Of a DNA stretch of 64,000 nt, positions 34,071 through 43,696 are shown one piece after another. This stretch comes from an uncultured cyanobacterium. Its GTDB lineage: Bacteria; Cyanobacteriota; Cyanobacteriia; Cyanobacteriales; CAWCAG01. Every line of letters begins with the position of its first letter. The stretch's first letter is position 1. The notes under the pieces were generated by a model, which saw only the letters and a list, made by a program, of their open reading frames with translations, did no database searches and was not told the DNA's origin. The stretch is taken from assembly GCA_963793425.1 (NCBI GenBank), contig CAWCAG010000007.1, positions 704,001-768,000 on the forward strand, in the 5' to 3' direction. The position numbers and the translations under genes were made by a program.

Positions 34071-34124
34071 AGGTTTTTCCTTTTATCCGTCATTCGTTAT
34101 TTATTGATTTAGAAGCTAAATTTA

Positions 34125-35033
34125 TTAGTTGTTTTGATAGAAAGCGTGATAACCAATTAGTTTATAAACTAGTTTAGCGGCACTAAATTGGGAAACAACG
34201 GAGTCACTAAGCGGGGCTAACTCCATTACGTCGCAACCAATGACTTCATGAGTTGCAAATATTTGCCTTAAAAGACTAGTTAAAGAGTACCAGTTTAGCC
34301 CCCCAGGTTCTGGGGTTCCCACCCCTGGTATTAAGCTGGGGTCTAAACCATCTAAATCAATAGTAATAAATACTTTGGGGGTAGAAATTTTGGCGATCGC
34401 CTCTTCTAACCAATTTTCTTGGGTCGCTATTTCCCTAGCCCAAACTACAGGAATTTGTTGTTCTTTAATTAATTGGGCTTCTTCGGCACAAATGCTACGA
34501 ATGCCAACACCAAGAGTCGGTAAACCCATGTCTTTTATACGTCGCATTACACAGGCATGGTTATAAATAGAACCTTCATATTCGTAGCGTAAATCTCCGT
34601 GGGCATCAATTTGGACTACGGTAAATGGTTCTGGAAGTATTTCTTGGTAGCCTTGGACAATGCCCGCCGTTATGCTATGTTCTCCTCCTAAAGCAATAAC
34701 GAACTTACCATCAGTCATAAAGGATGAAATAATCTCTTTGGTTACTCGTAACATCTCTTCTGGAGTAATTAAAGGACTACCACGACTATCAGCTATAGGG
34801 GGGTGGGTATAGATGCCCACATCCCAGCAAATCTCCCAGTCTAGTTCAATGTCATAATATTCCAGTTGGTCTGAGGCTTCGAGAATGGAGGCGGGGCCAT
34901 GTTTACAGCCTTTTCGATAGGTAGTAGTTGCTTCATAGGGGATAGGCAAAATAACTGCCTGGGCTTGGTTGTAGGGTTTATTTACCTCCGAACCAATAAA
35001 AGGAAGCACCGCTGAAGAAGATTGCAAAAGCAT
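34125..35033 (-). CDS. speB: Agmatinase
   Basis: LGGEHSIT, IDAHGDLR, IDLDGLDP..PGVGTPEPGG. Confidence 0.93.
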   Translation of the reverse strand: MLLQSSSAVLPFIGSEVNKPYNQAQAVILPIPYEATTTYRKGCKHGPASILEASDQLEYYDIELDWEICWDVGIYTHPPIADSRGSPLITPEEMLRVTKEIISSFMTDGKFVIALGGEHSITAGIVQGYQEILPEPFTVVQIDAHGDLRYEYEGSIYNHACVMRRIKDMGLPTLGVGIRSICAEEAQLIKEQQIPVVWAREIATQENWLEEAIAKISTPKVFITIDLDGLDPSLIPGVGTPEPGGLNWYSLTSLLRQIFATHEVIGCDVMELAPLSDSVVSQFSAAKLVYKLIGYHAFYQNN

Positions 35034-35168
35034 TACTAAGAAAGGTTCGCGCTAGATTAAATCAATCTTAGAGGATGTTTACGAAAATGCGGTTAAATCT
35101 TGGTAATGAGAGTTTGTTCAGTATGTTTAATATATATAAAGTAATGTAACATTAATCTCCAGCCCAAA

Positions 35169-36068
35169 ATGAATTTAACCATAAGTGACCTAAGTAAGGA
35201 AAAAAGTTGGACTTGGTGTAATTATTCCATCACTTACCAAAGTAGCGGCACAAAAGGCCCAGCAGTGGTTTTGCTCCATGGTTTCGGGGCTTCTTGGGGA
35301 CATTGGCGGAAAAACTTACCTGTGTTAGGACAAACTTGTCGCTGTTATGCCTTGGATTTAATTGGTTTCGGTGGTTCAGCAAAACCAACCCCAGGAACTG
35401 ATATCAACTATGATTTTGCTACTTGGGGAGAACAGGTTGCGGATTTTTGCCAAGAAGTAGTGGGGGAACCCGCTTTTTTAGTTGGTAATTCCGTTGGTTG
35501 TATTGTGGCGATGCAAGCAGCAGTAGACAATCCTAATTTAATTTTAGGGGTAGCTTTAATTAATTGTTCTTTGCGTCTCCTTCATGATAGTAAACGAAAA
35601 GAAATAGCTTGGTATCGTCGTTTGGGCGCTCCTTTATTACAAAAAATATTAAAGCAAAAGTTGGTTGGTGATTTCTTTTTCCAACAATTAGCAAAGCCGA
35701 AGGTTGTACGGAAAATCCTTTTAAAAGCTTATAAGCGTCCGGAGGCTGTGAGCGATGAATTAATTGATCTGCTGATGAAACCTGCGGCTGATCCGGGGGC
35801 TGCGGACGTTTTTATCGCCTTTACTAGTTATTCCCAAGGTCCCTTACCAGAAGAACTTTTACCTCAGCTTAAATGTCCTGCTATTATTCTCTGGGGGGAA
35901 GAAGATCCTTGGGAACCTATGGAGTTGGGTAGAGATTTTGCTAAGTTTCCTGCGGTAGAAAAGTTTATTCCTTTGCCAGGGTTGGGGCATTGTCCTCAAG
36001 ATGAAGCACCGGAAATAGTTAATCCGATTTTACAAGAGTGGCTGTTGGAGAAAAGTTCCTACAGTTAA
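35169..36068 (+). CDS. Alpha/beta fold hydrolase
   Basis: LLHGFGAS, DLIGFG, GNSVG nucleophile elbow, WGEEDPW, GHCPQDE. Confidence 0.92.
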   Translation: MNLTISDLSKEKSWTWCNYSITYQSSGTKGPAVVLLHGFGASWGHWRKNLPVLGQTCRCYALDLIGFGGSAKPTPGTDINYDFATWGEQVADFCQEVVGEPAFLVGNSVGCIVAMQAAVDNPNLILGVALINCSLRLLHDSKRKEIAWYRRLGAPLLQKILKQKLVGDFFFQQLAKPKVVRKILLKAYKRPEAVSDELIDLLMKPAADPGAADVFIAFTSYSQGPLPEELLPQLKCPAIILWGEEDPWEPMELGRDFAKFPAVEKFIPLPGLGHCPQDEAPEIVNPILQEWLLEKSSYS

Positions 36069-36145
36069 GGTTTCCGCTTTCTACCAAACCAACTCCACCA
36101 ACCCCCTATAAAATTAAGAAACAAACCCAAAGAGGAGATATTTCT

Positions 36146-36937
36146 ATGGTTTCCCCTTTTCCAGGGATGAACCCTTACCTAGAACATCCAGAAGTTTGGC
36201 CAGGAGTACATCTATTACTTATTGGCGAGATGACTAAGTTTCTATCTCCCCAACTTCGTCCTAAATACCGAGTTGCGGTTGAGGTGCGTATGTATGAAAC
36301 CATTGGAGAAAAATCTTTACTCGTTGGCATTCCTGATTTAGTTGTTAAAAGTTCACAGGGAACAACTAAAAAACCAGCAGCTAATGTTGCGGTAGCCCAA
36401 GCCCCCACTAAACCCCAAACAGTGGAAGTTCCTGTACCGGAAACAATTAAGCAAGGTTATTTGGAAGTACGGGAGGTAGCTACTAATGAAGTAGTAACAG
36501 CCATTGAAATACTTTCTCCGGTTAATAAACGTTCTGGAGAAGGGCGTAAACAATATGAAAGTAAACGCCGTAAAGTTTTGGGTAGTTCAACTAATTTAAT
36601 AGAAATTGATTTGCTGCGTAAGGAAAAACCAATGGTAGTTTATCGCAGCAATATTCAAACCCATTATCGAATTTTAGTCAGTAGAGGGGAGCAACGTCCT
36701 TTAGCTGATTTGTATGGATTCAATTTACCAGAGGTTATTCCTCCATTTCCCCTGCCTCTGAAACCGGGAGATACTGAGCTATTGATAGATTTACAGTTGT
36801 TGTTGAATAATGTCTATGACCAAGCTAGTTATGATTTATTGATAGATTACAATCAAGAGCCAGTACCACCATTGTCGGAAGAAGAGCAAGTTTGGCTTGA
36901 TATGTGGTTAAAGGAGCAAAAACTGCGATCGCTTTAG
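36146..36937 (+). CDS. DUF4058 family protein (PD-(D/E)XK-like)
   Basis: SPFPGMNPYLE, IPD, IEILSPVNK, LIEIDLLR; GAGGAG RBS before the ATG at 36146. Confidence 0.88.
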   Translation: MVSPFPGMNPYLEHPEVWPGVHLLLIGEMTKFLSPQLRPKYRVAVEVRMYETIGEKSLLVGIPDLVVKSSQGTTKKPAANVAVAQAPTKPQTVEVPVPETIKQGYLEVREVATNEVVTAIEILSPVNKRSGEGRKQYESKRRKVLGSSTNLIEIDLLRKEKPMVVYRSNIQTHYRILVSRGEQRPLADLYGFNLPEVIPPFPLPLKPGDTELLIDLQLLLNNVYDQASYDLLIDYNQEPVPPLSEEEQVWLDMWLKEQKLRSL

Positions 36938-36940
36938 TAC

Positions 36941-37091
36941 TAAGTATCTGGACAGAATTAATTTAAGTACTTAGACAAAATTAATTGCACATTTTGTTGG
37001 TGTCGGGAACAGGGTTCGCGTGGCGTTGCCGTAGGCTACAGATGTGTATAACCTAATAGTAAATATACAAACGATTTTGTGCGACTACTTA
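36941..37091. mobile_element. MITE-like element with TAAGTA..ACAAAATTAATT terminal inverted repeats
   Basis: Two tandem left ends (36941 TAAGTATCTGGACAGAATTAATT; 36964 TAAGTACTTAGACAAAATTAATT) and a right end ATTTTGTGCGACTACTTA (37074-37091). Confidence 0.6.
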
Positions 37092-37120
37092 ACATTCAAT
37101 TAGCCATTAGCAAATAGCAA

Positions 37121-37624
37121 CTAGCAATAAAGAACAGACCATTGCTCAGGATCAAGCTCTGATTTCTTAACTGTTTTCACACCACTATAGGTTTCAATCC
37201 ATAAACTCGCCCCACAATCTCTGGCATTATAGGGTTGATAAATAATGCGGCAATAGCCGAATATCTCTAACTCATGGCAACGAATCACCCGACGATGCCC
37301 ACTTTTATCAACACTGACTACTGTCTTTAAAGGAATCTCCGCACCACCGCTTTTCTTAATCTCTTTCACCTTTTTCTCGTTGGTTTTGATGCAGTTCTTA
37401 TCCACATAAATAATCTTTCTCCCTCCAGCACCGAGCTTACTCCAACGTGGTTGGGGGCCGCGATGACGACGAAAAACCTTGGGTTTACCACGATATAAAG
37501 GAATAACCCAACTTCTATCTTTTTTATAAGCACCTTTGATCCGTTTTTGATGAAGGAGATAAAGAACTCTTCTCTGTCCTACTCCCAACATTTGTGCCGC
37601 AACAGCAGTATCGATATATTCCAT
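37121..37624 (-). CDS. Basic HTH DNA-binding protein (excisionase/MerR-like N-terminus)
   Basis: T..AAQMLGV..RRV..LL...RIKGAYK...W.IP; C-terminal CHELEI.G.CRIIY.P....CGA.LWIET domain. Confidence 0.75.
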   Translation of the reverse strand: MEYIDTAVAAQMLGVGQRRVLYLLHQKRIKGAYKKDRSWVIPLYRGKPKVFRRHRGPQPRWSKLGAGGRKIIYVDKNCIKTNEKKVKEIKKSGGAEIPLKTVVSVDKSGHRRVIRCHELEIFGYCRIIYQPYNARDCGASLWIETYSGVKTVKKSELDPEQWSVLYC

Positions 37625-37842
37625 GGTAAATCAGGCTAATTAACTTATCCGAACAGTAGTTTATAACCAAAAGGGGCTTTGAAGCAATACTTTTTTGCTG
37701 AAAGAGAAATATTTCTTTAAAGCTGACGACTAGGCAATTTGCCCTTTTGCTTGAGTTGTTGCACGAGGCTGATACGAAGATTAACTGGCATTAATTTTGA
37801 TATCATTTGATCATTAATTTTTTGATGGAGCGGAGAGCAACT

Positions 37843-38325
37843 TTGTTAGACGAACAAGCTAAAAAAACTATCTTACGGAAAATTCCCCACGGTTTATATA
37901 TTTGTGGTGTTAAAGATGGTGAAGAACTTAATGGTTTTACTGCTAGTTGGGTAATGCAGTCTTCTTTTAAGCCGCCTTTGGTGGTTAACTGTGTTAACCA
38001 AAGTTCAGGTTCCCACGAGATGATTAAAAAGAGTGGTGTTTTTGCCCTTAGTTTTTTAGATAGTAACCAAAAAGATGTCGCAGCTAAGTTTTTTAAACCC
38101 CAAAGTCGCGTGGGAGATAAGTTAGCGGATGTGGAGTTTTATTTAGGAGAAGAAACTGGTTGTCCGATTATTTCCGATTCCCTGGGTTATATAGAATGCA
38201 AGGTTGTTGGTACAGTGGAAGAAGGAGATCATACCGTTTATGTTGGTGAGGTTATTGCGGCTGGGGTTCATCGCGAAGGGGAACCTCTTCTGTTAGAAAA
38301 GACAGGCTGGCAGTACGGGGGCTAA
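37843..38325 (+). CDS. Flavin reductase family protein
   Basis: LRKIPHGLY, NGFTASWV.Q.SF.PP, GDHTVYVGEV; GGAG RBS before the TTG at 37843. Confidence 0.92.
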   Translation: MLDEQAKKTILRKIPHGLYICGVKDGEELNGFTASWVMQSSFKPPLVVNCVNQSSGSHEMIKKSGVFALSFLDSNQKDVAAKFFKPQSRVGDKLADVEFYLGEETGCPIISDSLGYIECKVVGTVEEGDHTVYVGEVIAAGVHREGEPLLLEKTGWQYGG

Positions 38326-38538
38326 ATGATGCAGCGATAATATGTTTCTGAGAATCTGACCCTAACTCAGTCAAGCTATATAATCTTTGGCTATCATTTT
38401 AAGCATCTGGTAGTAGTGCGAAGGTAATGATATTGCTACGATATGATAGGTTATTTGCTTAGGTTTATCGTCACCTCTTTAGGGCTACCAAACATTTGTT
38501 GAAATAGCTGTCTTTCTTACTGAATAGTCAAAGTTACT

Positions 38539-40173
38539 ATGTGTGATCGCGATTTAGGTGATTTGGGAGAATCAAACTTTAGGGGTTGGTGTAATGCTGC
38601 TGGCTTAACAGTAAACCCCTCTGAAAAAGATAGGACAGGATGGGACTTCATTATAGAATTCCCGTGGAAGAAGGAAAATTATCTTCCGAAAGATATGCTC
38701 CCAGCACCTATAGAGTGCAAGGTTCAAGTTAAATCAACTGATAAAAAAGACAAGAGAGAGTCTATAAAGATATCTAATTTAAGTAGGCTTGTGAAAGCAC
38801 CACTGCCTACATTTTACTGTTTTATCGAATTTGACGGCAAAGATGAAGCACAAGCAGTATATTTAGTTCATGTTGATAGAAAAATTATTGGAAAAACTCT
38901 CAGAAGGATTAGACAATTAGAGGCGAAAGGCGAAGGAGATAACCTAAATAAGCATACAATAGATGTTTGTTATACAAGTGAAGAGCGCTTGCCAAATATA
39001 ACAGGGAAAAGCTTAAAAAATACGATTGAAAAATACATTTCTAATGGCTTAGAAAAATATATTGCAGATAAGAACCAGCTACTAGATACGTTAGGTTTTG
39101 AAGAAGGTAAAGGAACGTTGATTCTGACCTTTCCTCGTAGTTGTTCTGGGAAGGATATAGTTGATTTATCATTAGGTCTTCATCAAGAAATTTGTATAGA
39201 TAAAAGTGTTTATCATGACAAGAGATTTGATGTTCTATCTTACAATCCGTCTTTAAGCGGAGAAGCAGCCTTAATAGACATTAAAGCAAAACCTAAGCCA
39301 GTAATTTTAAAGTTCAAGGAGCATAATTTCTCATCAGCAATATTGCTGAATGCAGAACTATATGTATCTTTCTTGAATGAATTATTAGCTGAGCAATATT
39401 TTAAATTTAGAGTCACCTCTGAATTGATTGATTTTGTTGTAGAACCATTCCAAAGAAAAGGAAAATTTTCACTTAGCTTGCGAGATGAGCAAAAGATTTC
39501 TTTAGATACTCTCAAAAATCACTTGAAGATTTTGAAGTTGCTGAAAAAAGCATCTCATCCTGTCATTTTAGAAATAAGCGATGAGGCTAAGAAACCTCTT
39601 TCGCTTGCTTTCGACATCAGAGTTAATGATGAAATAAATGACTTTTCTGATGTTTACAAGATAATAGAAATGGTTCTGTCGATATGTCAAAGATTTTCTA
39701 TCGTAGAAAATGATATTTTAGTAACTATAAACGAATTAAGAAAAGAGTCGCGAGCTATTGAAAGTCTTTATAATGTCCTACATATAGATATAAAACCTAG
39801 TCATATTGACTTGTGCAAGAGTTTAAATGCAGATCATGGAACTGTTTCTCTTAGTTTACCTACTGACTTTTTAAAAGACCAAAAGGATAAGAGATATGCC
39901 TGTAGTCTATTTATAAGGGCTGTTATTGGAAACCACGAGATTTGCTGTTTTTGGGCAATAGTTGGGTCTTTGTCTGTAGTCAGCGAAGATAAGTATAGAC
40001 TAAATCCAAACGAAACATTTGTTGGCAACGAACTAATTTCTGTTAACAATCAGATTATAGAACAAGATGTAGTAGATGAAAGATTTAATGAATTTGAACA
40101 AGAACTACAAAAGATGGGAATATTGGTGATTTCTCCACTTCTATCCCTCTGCGGAGACTTTTGCCATGCCTGA
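38539..40173 (+). CDS. Solitary protein with N-terminal PD-(D/E)XK (DUF4365-like) nuclease domain
   Basis: LG.LGE..F..W, D..GWDFIIEF, KVQVKST; about 400-aa unrecognised C-terminal region; AT-rich with frequent AGA/ATA codons. Confidence 0.65.
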   Translation: MCDRDLGDLGESNFRGWCNAAGLTVNPSEKDRTGWDFIIEFPWKKENYLPKDMLPAPIECKVQVKSTDKKDKRESIKISNLSRLVKAPLPTFYCFIEFDGKDEAQAVYLVHVDRKIIGKTLRRIRQLEAKGEGDNLNKHTIDVCYTSEERLPNITGKSLKNTIEKYISNGLEKYIADKNQLLDTLGFEEGKGTLILTFPRSCSGKDIVDLSLGLHQEICIDKSVYHDKRFDVLSYNPSLSGEAALIDIKAKPKPVILKFKEHNFSSAILLNAELYVSFLNELLAEQYFKFRVTSELIDFVVEPFQRKGKFSLSLRDEQKISLDTLKNHLKILKLLKKASHPVILEISDEAKKPLSLAFDIRVNDEINDFSDVYKIIEMVLSICQRFSIVENDILVTINELRKESRAIESLYNVLHIDIKPSHIDLCKSLNADHGTVSLSLPTDFLKDQKDKRYACSLFIRAVIGNHEICCFWAIVGSLSVVSEDKYRLNPNETFVGNELISVNNQIIEQDVVDERFNEFEQELQKMGILVISPLLSLCGDFCHA

Positions 40174-40262
40174 GTTCTAGAGTTTTTGCATATGAAGAAT
40201 CGCTTCATTTTTTTCCGATCAACAGATTATGATAAATACGTTTCTGTACTACGGCAAACTGA

Positions 40263-42590
40263 CTATAATTCAGTGACTATCGGCAACCAAACACTGAAAG
40301 TTGTACATCCTGGTTCACTTTCTACTTCAATTTTGCCTTGATGCTTATCAATAATCTTACTGACAATATCTAACCCTAAACCGCTTCCTTCTCCTGCACC
40401 TTTGGTTGTAAAAAAAGGTTGGAAGATTTTATCTTTATTTTCTGGAGCAATGCCACAACCGGAATCAGTTATGCTAACCACCACATAACTATCTTCAGCA
40501 GCTACGGTTATGTCCAACTTACCCTTATTGTCCATTGCTTGGGCTGCATTGTGAATTAGGTTTGTCCAAACTTGATTAAGTTGTTCAGGATAGCAAGGAA
40601 TTTCCGGTACTTCTTGGTAAATTTTACTAACTTCAATGCCTTGTCTAAGTTGGTTACGATAAATGGTTAAAACAAGTTCAATTCCTTCTGTCACTTGCGC
40701 TTGAACTTTCTCGCTATATTGATCTTGGCGGGCATAACTTTTGAGGGCAAAGACAATTTTGGCTGCCCTATCTACTGCTAGCTGAATGTTTTCGGTGTTG
40801 TTTTGCTGCATAGTGAGGTTATAAGCGGTTTCCAAAATCAAGCCGCTATAATCAGATTGCAACAAAGGTAAAAAGGCTTCTACTTCTTTGGTGAAGCCTA
40901 TTCTAACTAAATTAGCTGCGATTTCGTCAGCATCATCAATACCCAAGGCTGTTAATTGCTTTTTCAAGGCACGTTTAATTTTTCTTTCTTCCCGGAAAGA
41001 AAGGGTGGTAGATTCTTCAGTGCTAACTGCAACTAAGTTAAAGAAATCATTTTGCTGTTGAAAAGAAAGTTGCTTAAATAATTTGGGCAGTTGTTCTAAG
41101 GAGTTAGTTAAAGCAGCAGAAATATTACTTACTGAGGCTTTTATTGCCCCTAAAGGAGTATTGACTTCGTGGGCAATACCCGCGACAAGTTGTCCAAGGG
41201 CAGCCATTTTTTCTGATTGAATTAATTCCTGTTGAGTAGATTTTAAATTTTCTAAGGCTTCGGAAAGTTCTTGGGTTCTTGCTGCTACTTTAGTTTCTAA
41301 AGTACGAGAATAATCAGCTAATTGTTCGTTAGCGACGGCTAGCTCTTCATTGGCTGTTTTTAACTGCTTTTGATTATGATAATTAGCAATGAGAATTGCG
41401 GTTACTGTTAGGGCTAGGAAAGGAGAAAAGATGGGAATTACCCAACCAGAAATAAAGGCGACATAGCTGATACCTACGAGGATAGTAGTACCTAAAATAA
41501 TGTAGCTAATCGTTCCTATTAAAAAGAAATTTTTCTTAAAAAACTTAATTTCTAATAATAACCAACTGCCCCCTGCCCCCAGAAAAGACCAAAGTGAAAT
41601 CCATAGCCAGTTTGAGGTTTTGTGCCAAGTCCGGAACATAGTACGCCCTTCTAGGGCAGCACTCATCATTTGACTGGCTAAGTTAGCATGAATTACTACT
41701 CCTGGCATCATATTAGTATTACCAAATAAGTTGCTATTATAAGGAGTTAAGAAAATATCTTTAACGCTAGATGTATTTGTTCCTAAACCAATAAAAACCA
41801 AGCGATTCCGGAATAAATCTGTTGGTATTTTATCCTCAAGAACATCCGTCATAGAAACATTTCTGAAGCGATTTATTTCTCCCCGGTAGTTTATTAAAAT
41901 TTGGTATCCTCCCGTATCTCCCCTAACATAACCTCCTTCTTGACCCGTTAAAGGAACAAATCTTGCTTTTCCTAATTGATAGATTTGTTTTTCTTCATTA
42001 ACAATTTGCTGCTCAAGCCCTTTGTCTTCTAAGTAAGTTAAAGCTAATTTAGCCCCTAATCCTTCAATGAATTCCCCTTCTTCTGTACCAGTGATAATTA
42101 AGCCGCGACGCACTTTACCATCACTATCAACTATTAAATCCGAAGCCCCTACTTGCCCTTTTGCTGCTAAAATTGGTGGCGGAGCAACTGTTTGTGGTGT
42201 AACTTTTTCTACACCAATTAAATTAGGGGTAGACTCAAATACTTCTACTAATTCTGAATGTCCTGGTTCAGTGACTAAATCTCGATAAATATCTAAACCG
42301 ATACCCGTTGGTTTTTGTGCTTTAATTTTATTGAGTAATTTGGCCATAACTCGATCTGACATAGGCCATTGACCAAGTTTTGTAATATCTTCTTCTTCAA
42401 TTGCCACAATAACAATACGCGAATCAATTGTTTCTTGAGGGCGGAGGAGAAAAAACTGATCCAAAGTTGCCCATTCTAGCAATTGGAACAAACCTACTAA
42501 GTTACCAACAATAATCACTCCCGCTACACTAGGAGCGATCGCTAATACGCCACGCCATTGAGTGATTTTTTGTTTAAATTTTTGCCACAT
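40263..42590 (-). CDS. CHASE2-domain sensor histidine kinase
   Basis: CHASE2 ([25 protein letters not shown]), three TM helices, H-box [11 protein letters not shown] boxes ([25 protein letters not shown]). Confidence 0.95.
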   Translation of the reverse strand: MWQKFKQKITQWRGVLAIAPSVAGVIIVGNLVGLFQLLEWATLDQFFLLRPQETIDSRIVIVAIEEEDITKLGQWPMSDRVMAKLLNKIKAQKPTGIGLDIYRDLVTEPGHSELVEVFESTPNLIGVEKVTPQTVAPPPILAAKGQVGASDLIVDSDGKVRRGLIITGTEEGEFIEGLGAKLALTYLEDKGLEQQIVNEEKQIYQLGKARFVPLTGQEGGYVRGDTGGYQILINYRGEINRFRNVSMTDVLEDKIPTDLFRNRLVFIGLGTNTSSVKDIFLTPYNSNLFGNTNMMPGVVIHANLASQMMSAALEGRTMFRTWHKTSNWLWISLWSFLGAGGSWLLLEIKFFKKNFFLIGTISYIILGTTILVGISYVAFISGWVIPIFSPFLALTVTAILIANYHNQKQLKTANEELAVANEQLADYSRTLETKVAARTQELSEALENLKSTQQELIQSEKMAALGQLVAGIAHEVNTPLGAIKASVSNISAALTNSLEQLPKLFKQLSFQQQNDFFNLVAVSTEESTTLSFREERKIKRALKKQLTALGIDDADEIAANLVRIGFTKEVEAFLPLLQSDYSGLILETAYNLTMQQNNTENIQLAVDRAAKIVFALKSYARQDQYSEKVQAQVTEGIELVLTIYRNQLRQGIEVSKIYQEVPEIPCYPEQLNQVWTNLIHNAAQAMDNKGKLDITVAAEDSYVVVSITDSGCGIAPENKDKIFQPFFTTKGAGEGSGLGLDIVSKIIDKHQGKIEVESEPGCTTFSVWLPIVTEL

Positions 42591-42690
42591 TGAGCATTTA
42601 TTATCAATAGCGTTTGGTAAATTCTCTCATTGCTTCCAAAGGAGAAGTAAATAAAAGACAGCGTTTTAACAATTCTAGATATATATTAAT

Positions 42691-43581
42691 CTACATCCTT
42701 CTCACATTAAAACAACACCAATCTTTGCGTTTCCAAAGTGCAGCTACAATCCAACCATGCTGTTCTAAAGTATCAGCAATTGGCTTAACTTGATCTAACA
42801 AAATACCGCTTAAAATTCCCCAACTTGTAGGTTTTGCCATCTCTGTCATAGAGGGAATTAACTCAATAATTACTTCTGCCAAAATATTGCAGAGAATACC
42901 ATCAACTGCTGCTTTTTTTTCTTCTTTTAATAGTTCAACGCTACCCTTAGCAACTTTGAGACGTTGGGGTGTGATGTTGTTCAAATCTCGGTTGCTGCGA
43001 GTTGCCCGTACCGCGAGAGGATCGACATCTACCGCATAAACCTGTGCCGCACCCAATAAAAGAGAACCAATAGAAAGGATACCCGAACCGCAACCAATAT
43101 CGGCCAAAACTAATCCTTCCGTACCTTCTCCTAAACGCATTTCCAAGGACTCTAAACATAACTGAGTGGTAGGATGAATTCCTGTACCAAAGGCAGCACC
43201 AGGATCAAGCCGGACAATTAATCTTTCTGTATCCGTAGGGGGAGTTAACCAAGCTGGGTAGATGAGAATGCGATCACCAATTTTTTGGGGTTGCCAATGT
43301 TCTTTCCAACTACTAGCCCAGTCTTCTTCATCAATTAAATCCCATTTCGTAACAGGGGGTTGCAATCCCATTACTAAAGCATCCTGGCGCAACCACAAGG
43401 ATAAGGCAGCTAAGTCTAATAAACCAACACTAATTTGCGGAATGTAGCCCTGTACTAACAAAGCAGCACCCTGAACCTGAGTTACTGTTCCCCGACAGCC
43501 AAATTTGTCCAACCGCCAAAAGATTATATCTTCTAAGGAAGGATCGCCTAAAGTTGTGATTTCCCACCAACTATTGACCAT
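42691..43581 (-). CDS. prmA: 50S ribosomal protein L11 methyltransferase
   Basis: [42 protein letters not shown]. Confidence 0.96.
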   Translation of the reverse strand: MVNSWWEITTLGDPSLEDIIFWRLDKFGCRGTVTQVQGAALLVQGYIPQISVGLLDLAALSLWLRQDALVMGLQPPVTKWDLIDEEDWASSWKEHWQPQKIGDRILIYPAWLTPPTDTERLIVRLDPGAAFGTGIHPTTQLCLESLEMRLGEGTEGLVLADIGCGSGILSIGSLLLGAAQVYAVDVDPLAVRATRSNRDLNNITPQRLKVAKGSVELLKEEKKAAVDGILCNILAEVIIELIPSMTEMAKPTSWGILSGILLDQVKPIADTLEQHGWIVAALWKRKDWCCFNVRRM

Positions 43582-43663
43582 GATTTTAGTTGCTAATTGC
43601 TAGTTGCTAGTTGCCAAAAAAGTCATCCCCCTAAATCCTACTCCTTGCTTCTGGAAATATAGA

Positions 43664-43685
43664 GACGCAGTACTACTACTGCGTC
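43664..43685. terminator. Hairpin (REP-like or terminator) downstream of serA
   Basis: GACGCAGTA-ctac-TACTGCGTC, a perfect 9-bp stem. Confidence 0.45.
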
Positions 43686-43696
43686 ATCTCATTACA

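Noticed and set aside
36038..36145. N-terminal extension of the DUF4058 ORF, and similar extensions of the ABM, 48759..49460, serA and frr ORFs
   Set aside because: Downstream starts match the family N-termini, some with a clear RBS; several of the extensions overlap neighbouring genes or repeats.
38539..40173. Absence of HIP1 sites as evidence of foreign origin
   Set aside because: HIP1 spacing in the window is about 2 kb on average, so absence over 1.6 kb is not informative.
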